Virus record (IMG/VR): IMGVR_UViG_3300009165_000005
Strand: one strand, 5' to 3'
Length of the DNA stretch: 64,000 nt
DNA from: a virus
Taxonomy: Duplodnaviria; Heunggongvirae; Uroviricota; Caudoviricetes
Position 1 is the stretch's first letter. Each line of letters begins with the position of its first letter. The notes beneath the pieces were generated by a model. The model made no database searches, was not told the origin of the DNA, and saw only the letters and a program-made list of their open reading frames with translations. The translations under genes were made by a program, and so were the position numbers. Positions 20,499 through 28,403 of the stretch are shown here, piece after piece.

Positions 20499-20570
20499 CA
20501 GGGGCACTCCGATTTGAACGGAGATTGACGGTTTTGGAGACCGCCTTCCTACCAATTGAAAGATGCCCCT
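20499..20570 (-). tRNA. tRNA-Trp (CCA)
   Basis: Acceptor AGGGGCA/TGCCCCT; anticodon stem GCGGT/ACCGT; loop CTCCAAA. Confidence 0.8.
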
Positions 20571-20574
20571 ATGC

Positions 20575-21186
20575 TTACACCGAGTGACCATAGCGAAGTG
20601 CTACTTTTCCAGCAATGAACTCATCTTCTGTGCAGGGTGACTTACGTTCTGAAACCTTAACTTCATGAGGTGTGAAGGAAACCCCAGTTTCTTCTACCGC
20701 AGCCTGATAGGACGGAATCATTTCAGACCAGTCTTCCCAAAGGTCCACCATCCTAATTGTGGGGTGTTCCAGAAGGATTCTCTGGATCTGTTCGACCTTG
20801 AACTCCTTGGTATCCACGCGGTCTGACAGGTGCACCTCGTCGAAGTTCAAGCCTTTCTGCCCCAACAGCGCATGAATCCGATCCGTGAAAACTTCCCTTG
20901 GACGCCCCGTAAGAAGGACCACGTAACTATACTCGTCCTTCATTTCCTCTCGAGCTGCCTTGACAGTTGACTCGATCCACCAGTCTGATGGTACCTTCGG
21001 AAGACAAGGAGGGATCATCGACTCAATCTGGAACCACCAACCATCCTTGTCTTCCCACCAATCTGGCGGATGTGGGCTGCGGAACAGCGTCCCGTCGAAG
21101 TCGAATACACAGAGCCGACGGATCACCTTAGATTGCTCAAAGATCGAATACAAGTTTGACAAGATCGAATGGCCATTTCCAACCAC
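20575..21186 (-). CDS. HAD-superfamily phosphatase (possible polynucleotide 3'-phosphatase)
   Basis: HAD motif I CVFDFDGTLF (DxDGT). Size and context resemble PNK-phosphatase-like phage proteins. Confidence 0.55.
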   Translation of the reverse strand: MVGNGHSILSNLYSIFEQSKVIRRLCVFDFDGTLFRSPHPPDWWEDKDGWWFQIESMIPPCLPKVPSDWWIESTVKAAREEMKDEYSYVVLLTGRPREVFTDRIHALLGQKGLNFDEVHLSDRVDTKEFKVEQIQRILLEHPTIRMVDLWEDWSEMIPSYQAAVEETGVSFTPHEVKVSERKSPCTEDEFIAGKVALRYGHSV

Positions 21187-21382
21187 TTTCGAGCCTGAAC
21201 CTCATCCTCAGCCCACACAAACTCTGGTGTTGATTTCAATCCCTATTGAACCATCTTCCCCCTTGAAGGCTTGAGGTCTAAACAGGAACTTGGAAGCATC
21301 ACCATGATCCCCTGCCACTCTCGAAGCTAGACCTCTAAGAACGGCTGCTAATCTCATCCTACTAGGGTTCGGCTGAGCTACC

Positions 21383-21675
21383 ACCTGGTATACCGTTCTG
21401 TGAAACTTACTCAAAGTTAGCTTTGATGTTCACTTCCTGCTTCAACGAATCGTGACTCGTAGACCTAAATTTTCATCTAGTTCCGCCGTTAGAGGACTCT
21501 CTACAGGCTTTCAGAGATCATAAGATCTCCACGTTTCCCCTAAACTATGGGTACGTTAAACACGTAAAGTTGGTTCTTTTCTTGATTCCTCAAGTCTTTT
21601 ACCGCAACAAGGACAACGACATTGCGCCTTCGGCGCAAGTCTTTCGTGCTGCGAACCACTTAGACTTGCTTTTCA
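21383..21675. repeat. copy 1 of a ~290-bp direct repeat (copy 2 at 63705-64000, window end)
   Basis: About 98% identity over ~290 bp, differing by 5 substitutions and one 2-nt indel. Contains UUCG-type hairpin GCGCCTTCGGCGC and palindrome GAGATCTTATGATCTC. No ORF. Confidence 0.85.
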
Positions 21676-21941
21676 AGGATCATCTCAGGTCTTCCCTTGG
21701 TTTTCGGGTTTAGTTGCCTGAGTCCCCGAACCCTAATTCAGTCCTGAGAGAATGTCAAGCTAATCTGGTTTGATCAACTTTGATCAACTTTTCTTTCAGC
21801 TGCTCCAACCCTTGCTAACTCTGAGCTCAGTTCCAAAGTGTTGGCTATTCGACGCATACTCAAGTTTTCCAATAAACAGTTTCTGGTCCTTTCTGCCAAG
21901 TTAGAGTATTAGATTTAACTCAAGCCTCTGGCGTGCTTTTG

Positions 21942-22132
21942 CGCAGCTAGCGGGATTTGAACCCGCGATCTACTCCGTGACAGGGAGCTGGGGACGGCCG
22001 GACTCCCCTATAACTGCATAACTTGCGGAGACAAGAAACGTAAAGACGTTTGGGTCAGCTGCTCTGCCAACTGAGCTATACCTTGGCTTTTTGAAGGCCA
22101 AGGCAATGGGACTCGAACCCATGACCTGCTGA
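21942..22132 (-). other. composite tRNA-like locus: orphan 3' half followed by its matching 5' half, then a third T-arm/acceptor element
   Basis: On the minus strand: ...A TCAGC AGGTC ATGGG TTCGAGT CCCAT TGCCTTG G, then linker CCTTCAAAAAGC, then CAAGGTA TA GCTC AGTTGGCA GAGC A GCTGA. The acceptor strands pair 7/7 (CAAGGTA/TGCCTTG) and the anticodon-stem strands pair 5/5 (GCTGA/TCAGC), but the order is 3' half then 5' half. Further downstream a T-arm GCGGGTTCAAATCCCGC plus TAGCTGC pairs with GCAGCTG embedded in the D-arm region. Confidence 0.5.
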
Positions 22133-22167
22133 TTAGTTGTAGTCCTTACTGCATTCTCCGCAAAAAC

Positions 22168-22857
22168 TTACTCGCTTGGCAGCTCTTGGATGAAGTCCCA
22201 GATGTCCGAAAACTCATGCAGAGTGACAGCGTAGGCGGGATCAATGTCGATCCCATACCAGGAAGCTCCGAGAGCCTCAACCGGTTTCTGGCTTGAACGA
22301 CTACCCGCGAACGGGTCAAGGACCAGGCTCCCTTTGGTGATCGACACCTCCCCAAGACGGTCCCAAAGCTCTTTGGGTTTCTCGTAGGGATGGCTTCTAC
22401 CCTGGCGGACCGCAGGGATGTGAAGGCTATTCGAGTAGGCCTTGTCAGTTCGCTTCTCCGCCGGCCCCTTAGTAGCAAAGAAGATGGGGTCCCACCCAGA
22501 GCGCCAGACACCCCCGGTGCCAACGTAGCTCTTGTCCCAAGAGATGATCGTCGTCGGGAACCACCCGGACAGGGACAGCGAGAATCCCGTGTCTGGAATC
22601 CCCTTCCAGTCCCCGAACAGGTAAAGGTGGCAACCGTCCTTTGCTACCCTGTGGAGCTGCTGTAGGGCTCGGATCAGGAACGAGATGGGACCGTAGACCC
22701 TTGCTGCAGCCCCGTCGTCCTTGCCTCGAACTGGTGACCCCTGTGAGTAGGGCCAGTCGAACAGGATCGTGTCAAAGGTGTCCGCGGGGACCCCCTTGAG
22801 GACCTTCAGGCAATCTCCGTTGACGACGCCCCCTCGAACCAAGCCATTGACTTCCAT
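22168..22857 (-). CDS. DNA methyltransferase (N6-adenine/N4-cytosine, beta class)
   Basis: Motif IV ILFDWPYSQGS (a DPPY variant) precedes motif I VLDPFAGSRSS. Start placed at MEVNGL to clear the tRNA-Arg overlap. Confidence 0.65.
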   Translation of the reverse strand: MEVNGLVRGGVVNGDCLKVLKGVPADTFDTILFDWPYSQGSPVRGKDDGAAARVYGPISFLIRALQQLHRVAKDGCHLYLFGDWKGIPDTGFSLSLSGWFPTTIISWDKSYVGTGGVWRSGWDPIFFATKGPAEKRTDKAYSNSLHIPAVRQGRSHPYEKPKELWDRLGEVSITKGSLVLDPFAGSRSSQKPVEALGASWYGIDIDPAYAVTLHEFSDIWDFIQELPSE

Positions 22858-22858
22858 G

Positions 22859-22934
22859 TGGCGCCCCAAAGCCGATTCGAACGGCTGACCTATCGGTTAG
22901 GAACCGATTGCTCTGTCCTCTGAGCTACTAGGGC
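22859..22934 (-). tRNA. tRNA-Arg (CCT), CCA encoded
   Basis: Acceptor GCCCTAG/TTGGGGC; anticodon stem ATCGG/CCGAT; loop TTCCTAA; T-loop TTCGAAT. Confidence 0.8.
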
Positions 22935-23830
22935 TTGAGATCTAAACGCTCCGGATGAGGTTCCCAGGAGCTGAGTCTTTTCTGAACTACACCGAGGATT
23001 CGAGTGACCTCTTGAATTTGAGCTTTCTGCTGCTCGATGCAGATCTTGAGGTAGCTAGCCCACCTCTTGGGTTCAGTCTCGTCCCTCTTGTGGGCATTCA
23101 ACCCGATGATCAGGATGTCCTGTTCGTCTCGTTCAAGTCTACCGAAGACATCCTTCAGATCTTCCAAGATTTCCCTCAGATGAACCACGTAGGCTTCCGA
23201 TCCGTCCGAGCTAAGCTCGAATGGAGGCCACCCGCTACCGAAGCACTCCCCTTGGAGGTATCCAATACCAGGCCGACGGTACCCGTGAAGCACCATCCCA
23301 GGCATCGACCGATCCCCCTTCTTGGCTTTGGGGGTGAGCATGAACGGTCCGAAGCAACAGGGGCAGGTGGCCTTACCTACCCGAGCACGCTCCTCGCGCT
23401 CTTGCTTTTTACGCTCGGTCTCAGCCTCGTAGGATTCCATCTGCAGAGCTTCGAGTACCTGATCTTGGAAGTGGTTCTTGGTCATCCACTGGTCGAGGGA
23501 GACACCCTCGGAGTCACGAATCAAAAACGGGTACTCTCTCCCAATGAAGTCGAAGAAGGATTCAGTCTCGAAGCTAGCACCTACGGGAGAGGTGAACTTG
23601 GTGCCTCCTCTGATGGGTTCGATCTTCCAGTGAAGTAAATCGAAGATGGGCCACAACTCCTTGAGTGGCTTCCCCAGCTTAGGATTCTTACGAACCCACA
23701 AGAGGAGCTTGGTCATCTTCTCTGAGTCCAAAGGACGCCTACGAGCAGCAGCCTGAAAGCGGCGGACTACGCTTTGGACGATACAAACCGAGTCCATACT
23801 AGTTCCTCTATTTGCTCCCTCTCGGAGCAC
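22928..23830 (-). CDS. hypothetical protein (300 aa)
   Basis: Intact ORF containing a CPCC motif. Confidence 0.45.
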   Translation of the reverse strand: MLREGANRGTSMDSVCIVQSVVRRFQAAARRRPLDSEKMTKLLLWVRKNPKLGKPLKELWPIFDLLHWKIEPIRGGTKFTSPVGASFETESFFDFIGREYPFLIRDSEGVSLDQWMTKNHFQDQVLEALQMESYEAETERKKQEREERARVGKATCPCCFGPFMLTPKAKKGDRSMPGMVLHGYRRPGIGYLQGECFGSGWPPFELSSDGSEAYVVHLREILEDLKDVFGRLERDEQDILIIGLNAHKRDETEPKRWASYLKICIEQQKAQIQEVTRILGVVQKRLSSWEPHPERLDLKP

Positions 23831-24411
23831 TTGCTTGCCAGCTCTTGTTGGGTTAGCAGTCGGTGGTTTCGTCGACCATCGGTCTTACGAAGCATGCACA
23901 TCCCGCAACAACCCTTAATCCCGGCTCGCCTACGATGTCTTCTCTTGAAGTTTGCCAATGGTTCCTCCCAGCCGCCGTCAGCGGCGCGGTAGTGAACCGT
24001 GGAAACCTTGAACTCAACATTGGATCAAACCTTCTCAACAACAAGAGCTCTACGAAATCTAACATCCCCCGTCAAGTTGAACTTCTTAGAGAGATCTTGT
24101 CCAGGTGGAAGTTTCATATCCCACCCACGAGTAACCCAACCATAATGGTTGACCGTCACAATATCTCCCTTGACGTCCTTGACCTCGAGCTCAACTCCCC
24201 TACGCATTTCGCTCCACCAATCACCACGTTTCATCCATACCTTGAGAATGTCTCCCTTTGCAAGGCCACTTTCCGAAGCATACCTGGAGACTACATTGGC
24301 GATGATTTTGAGTTCGTCCACAACGATGATGCTAGCACAAAAAAGAAACTGGGGTGGCGTACGGGTAACGATCCCGCCAGGGACTGTTTCACAGACAGCC
24401 AGGTTCACCAT
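23767..24411 (-). pseudogene. single reading frame interrupted by one in-frame TGA (24025-24027): pseudogene or readthrough/recoding candidate
   Basis: ORFs 24025-24411 and 23767-23958 share a frame (645 nt = 215 codons). The only stop between them is TGA. The downstream part begins with TTG, not ATG, and has no independent start signal. Confidence 0.4.
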
Positions 24412-24499
24412 GCTCCTTCACGCCACCATAGCGGAGACCAGAGTACTCGAAACTCAATCCTTGCAGGAACCCCAGGGTTCCAATCTGGTGAGCGACCAC

Positions 24500-25273
24500 T
24501 CACTCTACGTCTTCCAAGTTCTCAATCACTTCTACGGCTGAATCTTCCAAATAGGCGAATGCCGACTTTCCACTAGTACCGCCTAGAAGCTTGTCAGTTC
24601 TTTCCCAGATAGCGGTGCTCTCGAGAGCACTGCTCTCAAAGTCATTCGGAAGGGCATCCTCCCAATCGTCCCATCCAATGGGAAGCCCTCTAACCCAAGC
24701 CTCGAAAAACTCGAAACTCCCTGCCTCAGAGGCTGGGGCTCCAAAGTCTGGTATATACCTTCGGACATGAGCTAATGCGGCTTTTGAACGTCCGAAATCG
24801 AAAGACCGCAACCATTGGAGCTCATTGGGCTGAGGTGTCTCAGAGAAGCTCATGATCTTGTTGATCAGGTTGTCGCGATTGAAGCTATTCAACTCTTTGA
24901 GAATGGGGGAACGATCCAAGATATCAAAGATCTGGTCCCCATCTGGGATCTTAGCCCCAACGTTCACCCAGAAATTCATGAGCGGGGAGACTTCAGATCT
25001 AAGCTCAGCAAACCCTGATGGATCGTGTCTCAAAGCTCGAAACCTAGGGGTATACTGGTTCATAACAGCAAGCTGTTGATCAAGATGACCAACGAGCTGA
25101 GCTTTCTTATGTAGCGGTTGAGACTTGAAAGCATCAACCAGAGCTTCGAGATCGCTAGCAAGCCCTTTCAAGAAGCCCCAATCTACGAAACTAGCCCAAG
25201 CATAGCTCAACCGCTCTAGATCAGCAGCAAACTTGTACTTAGCGGACACGCGAGAAACGATAGGATCCATCAA
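24500..25273 (-). CDS. hypothetical protein (257 aa)
   Basis: Intact ORF. Confidence 0.45.
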   Translation of the reverse strand: MMDPIVSRVSAKYKFAADLERLSYAWASFVDWGFLKGLASDLEALVDAFKSQPLHKKAQLVGHLDQQLAVMNQYTPRFRALRHDPSGFAELRSEVSPLMNFWVNVGAKIPDGDQIFDILDRSPILKELNSFNRDNLINKIMSFSETPQPNELQWLRSFDFGRSKAALAHVRRYIPDFGAPASEAGSFEFFEAWVRGLPIGWDDWEDALPNDFESSALESTAIWERTDKLLGGTSGKSAFAYLEDSAVEVIENLEDVE

Positions 25274-25364
25274 CTAGGTGGGGGCCAAGAGAAGAAAAGT
25301 CAGAATTTGTTAATTCTAAAATTCGAACCCGTTGAACATGGCTCACCTCTCTGCTTACTAGCAA

Positions 25365-26102
25365 TCACTCACCTTTCCCATTGGTCGGGGTGGTGAGGAT
25401 CGAACTCACCTGATGTCCTGATCCCAAATCAGGCGGCCCACCTTGAGCCCACACCCCGAAAGTCCATGATTCTTGAAGCAAGTCCATCCAAGCCTCAAGT
25501 CGACACCTAAGGTAAGTATCACTAACTCGAACTGTTAGAACCCCATACTTGGACCTCCAAACCCTACCATTCAAGTTACCACTATTCGACTTTCTCTGAA
25601 GATGAATCAAGTCAGGAGAAACTTGAAGAAGGCTCGACCAAAACTGAACTAGATCAAAGATATTTTGGTCGATATGAGTCTGGATAGGGAAGCTTAAAGC
25701 ACGATCTGGGTTAGCCAATCTCTTTAACCAATAGTAAGCTAATTGAACTAACTTTGGATTTGAGTTTGAAATACTCACAGTGTTTTTCGTGCGACGAAAA
25801 CCTTCTGTCAAATACAACACCACAAAGTCACGAAAAGTAGGGGAGAGTAACAACTCAGAAAACTCTGAGACCCCTTTCTGATAAGCTTTCTCTCTGAGTT
25901 CCTTGTAACGAAGTGAATTCTTGGCCGCTGCTCCTTTACCTAAGTTGTACCCAGATCTACTCTTGCGCTGAAGGGGGATATTCTTAATCCAGTGATAGAC
26001 TGTACCCTTACCTAAAGATACTCGCTCACATATTTCGTCAATTGAGAGACCTGCCAGACGGAGCTTCCGAGCAAGAACCCTAAGATGATCGTACTTCTTC
26101 AT
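25365..26102 (-). CDS. HTH DNA-binding protein; C-terminus overlaps tRNA-Pro
   Basis: N-terminal HTH LSIDEICERVSLGKGTVYHWIKN. The last ~30 codons are the reverse complement of tRNA-Pro(TGG), so the true 3' end is uncertain. Confidence 0.4.
   Translation of the reverse strand: MKKYDHLRVLARKLRLAGLSIDEICERVSLGKGTVYHWIKNIPLQRKSRSGYNLGKGAAAKNSLRYKELREKAYQKGVSEFSELLLSPTFRDFVVLYLTEGFRRTKNTVSISNSNPKLVQLAYYWLKRLANPDRALSFPIQTHIDQNIFDLVQFWSSLLQVSPDLIHLQRKSNSGNLNGRVWRSKYGVLTVRVSDTYLRCRLEAWMDLLQESWTFGVWAQGGPPDLGSGHQVSSILTTPTNGKGE
25382..25458 (-). tRNA. tRNA-Pro (TGG), CCA encoded
   Basis: Acceptor CGGGGTG/CACCCCG; anticodon stem CCTGA/TCAGG; loop TTTGGGA; T-loop TTCGATC. Confidence 0.75.
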
Positions 26103-26228
26103 TTCAAACCCTCAACCAGGTCGTTCATACACCAGTTGAAGATTGTTTTAACAATGAATCGAGACAAGGATTGAGAAGATATAAGCCTTTCGGCTCCGCC
26201 GTGTCTGCCATTCCACCACAAACGAGTT

Positions 26229-26308
26229 TCCTCACTAGGAGGGACTCGAACCCTCACGTCCTTTCGGACAGCGGATTTTCAATTGTAATCTTCTACAGCA
26301 TTCTCGAC
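26229..26308 (-). other. tRNA-like fragment (T-arm plus variable-arm hairpin, no matching 5' acceptor or D-arm)
   Basis: GAGGGTTCGAGTCCCTC T-arm preceded by a GTCCGAAAGGAC GNRA hairpin. No complement to the 3' acceptor CTAGTGA upstream. Confidence 0.35.
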
Positions 26309-26407
26309 TGGTACCATCATCGGGGCTCGAACCCGAACTCCATAGGAACAATGCCCTGGGGTACGTATCCCCAACACTGCGAGTCTTCCAATTTCCTCCA
26401 TGATGGT
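26309..26407 (-). tRNA. atypical 99-nt tRNA with a 21-nt structured insertion at the anticodon-loop position, CCA encoded
   Basis: Perfect acceptor ACCATCA/TGATGGT; T-arm TCGGGTTCGAGCCCCGA; 3' ACCA. Anticodon stem CAGTG/CATTG encloses TTGGGGATACGTACCCCAGGG instead of a 7-nt loop. Anticodon unresolved. Confidence 0.5.
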
Positions 26408-26409
26408 AT

Positions 26410-26495
26410 TGGTGCACGAAAGAGGACTCGAACCTCCACGGGATCTCTCCCACTATCACCTCAAAATAGCGCGTCTGCCCTTCCGCCACTCGTGC
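26410..26495 (-). tRNA. tRNA-Leu (GAG), class II, CCA encoded; paralog of the Leu tRNA at 15669
   Basis: Acceptor GCACGAG/TTCGTGC; anticodon stem CTATT/GATAG; loop TTGAGGT; long variable arm. Confidence 0.8.
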
Positions 26496-26529
26496 ATAGC
26501 TAATTCACTTTTAACCTAAGACCAGTATC

Positions 26530-27375
26530 ATGGATCGGACCCTTCAAGCCTTCGAGGACACCCTCATCACGCGCAACCTAGTAGCCCGAGTAGTTGAGGC
26601 AACTGAGTTTCCTACTGAGGAAGCTCGCAAGAAGTACTTGCAGAGTCATCCGAAAGCTAACCCAGCGAACCACACGGTTCGCAAGAACAAGACCCCTACT
26701 CAGTTCCGAAGAACTGACAAGACCCGTTGGGACGACGTACTCAAGAACACCAAGGGACTGAAGGAGCTTGGTGAGAAAGCCACCAAGGGCGATGAGGAAG
26801 CTAAGGCTGAGGTCTCAAAGAGGTACACGGCTCTCGTGGACCATGGCGAGTCGATGGCAGATGATGCCAAGTCCCTCACCAAGAAGCTCAAGGGAAACGC
26901 CAAACTTAGCGACAAGGCCAAAGAACACTTGGGGGAGCTCGAGAAGGCAATCAAGAAGTGGGACTCGATCTCCCACGCAGCCCAGAAGGCCAAGGGCCGC
27001 AACACTGAAGCTCAACTCCAACATGCCAACGAGGTCATGACAGCCGCTAGTACTGTCAGAACTCTAACCCACTGGTTCCAAGACCAGGCTGTTCAGGACA
27101 AAGCCTTGAAACGATCCTCTGAGGAATGGAAGACCGATGGTGAAACCATCGTTACCGCCAAGTACATGATAGATACTCGCAAGTTCTACGACTTGTTTGA
27201 CGATATTGAAGAGCATAGTTCCGCTATGGCAACAGCTCTAGGAAACTATGTACGAAATCCTGATAAGTTGAAGCCCCAATTGGACAAGCTTCTCTTATTC
27301 TCTAACCAAATCAAGATCGATCTCCAAATCCTCGGGAAGTTGGTTGCCAGACTGAAAGCTGGCGAGAACCCCTAG
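26530..27375 (+). CDS. paralog family member A (conserved N-terminal EFPTEEARKKYLQSHPKANPANH motif, Lys/Glu-rich tail)
   Basis: Shares its N-terminal motif with the ORFs at 29736-30251 and 31414-31797. Confidence 0.55.
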   Translation: MDRTLQAFEDTLITRNLVARVVEATEFPTEEARKKYLQSHPKANPANHTVRKNKTPTQFRRTDKTRWDDVLKNTKGLKELGEKATKGDEEAKAEVSKRYTALVDHGESMADDAKSLTKKLKGNAKLSDKAKEHLGELEKAIKKWDSISHAAQKAKGRNTEAQLQHANEVMTAASTVRTLTHWFQDQAVQDKALKRSSEEWKTDGETIVTAKYMIDTRKFYDLFDDIEEHSSAMATALGNYVRNPDKLKPQLDKLLLFSNQIKIDLQILGKLVARLKAGENP

Positions 27376-27775
27376 TAGGTTCCAGATTCCACCATTGACA
27401 AGAAATCGTGCGAGACGTCTATTGTTTCCGGTAATGTAGTCCACGCACAGCATTCAGTGGCGGAATCTGGTATTCGGAGCCATACACTAACTTGCTTTAG
27501 ATTGCAAGAGAAAAGTTTGGCCCTGACAAGGGATGGTAATGAGGGGCTTATGGCCTACGCATTGATGTGTCCAGAGATCCCTGGACTTGCATCCGCTCGT
27601 CCCGCGCCTTAGGGTCAGTTACTACCCACTGGAGTTCCTTACTAGGGAGCTCGAACTGGCGCCATCGCATAATCCCTCGCGAGATCAGTCGCTACTTTAG
27701 GACCGTTATTGTACTCACTACCGGCATTCAGGACCGATTGGACAATACACCGGAGATCACGTTAAGTCAAGTTGA

Positions 27776-27849
27776 TCAGAGTAAGAGGACTTGAACCTCC
27801 AATCTCGTGATCCCGAACCACGCGCTCTACCAAACTGAGCTACACCCTG
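27776..27849 (-). tRNA. tRNA-Pro (CGG)
   Basis: Acceptor CAGGGTG/TACTCTG; anticodon stem CGTGG/TCACG; loop TTCGGGA. Confidence 0.75.
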
Positions 27850-27888
27850 ATGAACCACGAAGACAAGAATTCGAAAGAGGAACGTACG

Positions 27889-27960
27889 GCGTCCTGACCA
27901 CTAGACGATCCCCGCATAGGTTGGAGCGGGGAGAGGGATTCGAACCCACGTGTCCGGCTT
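27889..27960 (-). other. orphan tRNA 3' half (T-arm, acceptor, CCA), a 6-nt linker, then an orphan 5' half with a perfectly complementary acceptor
   Basis: Minus strand: GTGGG TTCGAAT CCCTC TCCCCGC T CCA, linker ACCTAT, then GCGGGGA TC GTCT AGTGGTCA GGAC G. Acceptor strands GCGGGGA/TCCCCGC are 7/7 complementary but in 3'-then-5' order. No full tRNA can be assembled on either side. Confidence 0.5.
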
Positions 27961-27996
27961 GGATGGCAATGTACTCCTTCAGGCATTCTTCGTGAT

Positions 27997-28072
27997 TGGT
28001 GGCTGAGGTCGGGATCGAACCGACTACGCACAGATTTTCAGTCTGTCGCTCTACCATTTGAGCTACTCAGCC
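27997..28072 (-). tRNA. tRNA-Phe (GAA), CCA encoded
   Basis: Acceptor GGCTGAG/CTCAGCC; anticodon stem ACAGA/TCTGT; loop CTGAAAA; T-loop TTCGATC. Confidence 0.85.
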
Positions 28073-28077
28073 ATTAG

Positions 28078-28162
28078 TGCATCAGGAGAGAATCGAACTC
28101 TCACGGGAATTACCCCACTAGATTTTGAGGCTAGCGTGTCTGCCTAGTTCCACCACTGATGC
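28078..28162 (-). tRNA. tRNA-Leu (CAA), class II
   Basis: Acceptor GCATCAG/CTGATGC; anticodon loop CTCAAAA; long variable arm. Confidence 0.75.
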
Positions 28163-28166
28163 GTAG

Positions 28167-28250
28167 TACCCAAGGAGGGATTTGAACCCTCAAGCCACTA
28201 GGGCCTCCGGTTCTGAGCCGGAGCTGTATGCCAGGTTCCAGCACTTGGGC
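28167..28250 (-). tRNA. class II tRNA, anticodon loop CTCAGAA (CAG, Leu-like; second, divergent copy)
   Basis: Acceptor GCCCAAG/CTTGGGT; 6-bp anticodon stem CTCCGG/CCGGAG; long variable arm; T-loop TTCAAAT. Confidence 0.65.
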
Positions 28251-28326
28251 ATGGACCAGAGACAAGGGGTGTGAAGAGGGTTATTTTCTCCAATTGAATT
28301 GTACTCCCCACGAGCATTCTCTAGTT

Positions 28327-28403
28327 TGGTTGGCCCCATCAGATTCGAACTGATCACTTCACGCTTATCAGGCGTACGCTCTAACCAACTGAGCTACGGG
28401 CCA
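28327..28403 (-). tRNA. tRNA-Ile (GAT), CCA encoded
   Basis: Anticodon stem TACGC/GCGTG; loop CTGATAA; T-loop TTCGAAT. Confidence 0.8.

Noticed and set aside
23863-24576. 237-aa plus-strand ORF 23863-24576
   Set aside because: Ser/Pro-rich low-complexity product that is antisense to a better minus-strand gene (24025-24411).
26309-26407. tRNA-Sec (selenocysteine) identity for the 99-nt tRNA or the 84-nt class II tRNA at 28167
   Set aside because: No UCA anticodon in a plausible loop position, and acceptor/T-stem lengths do not fit the 8/5 Sec architecture.
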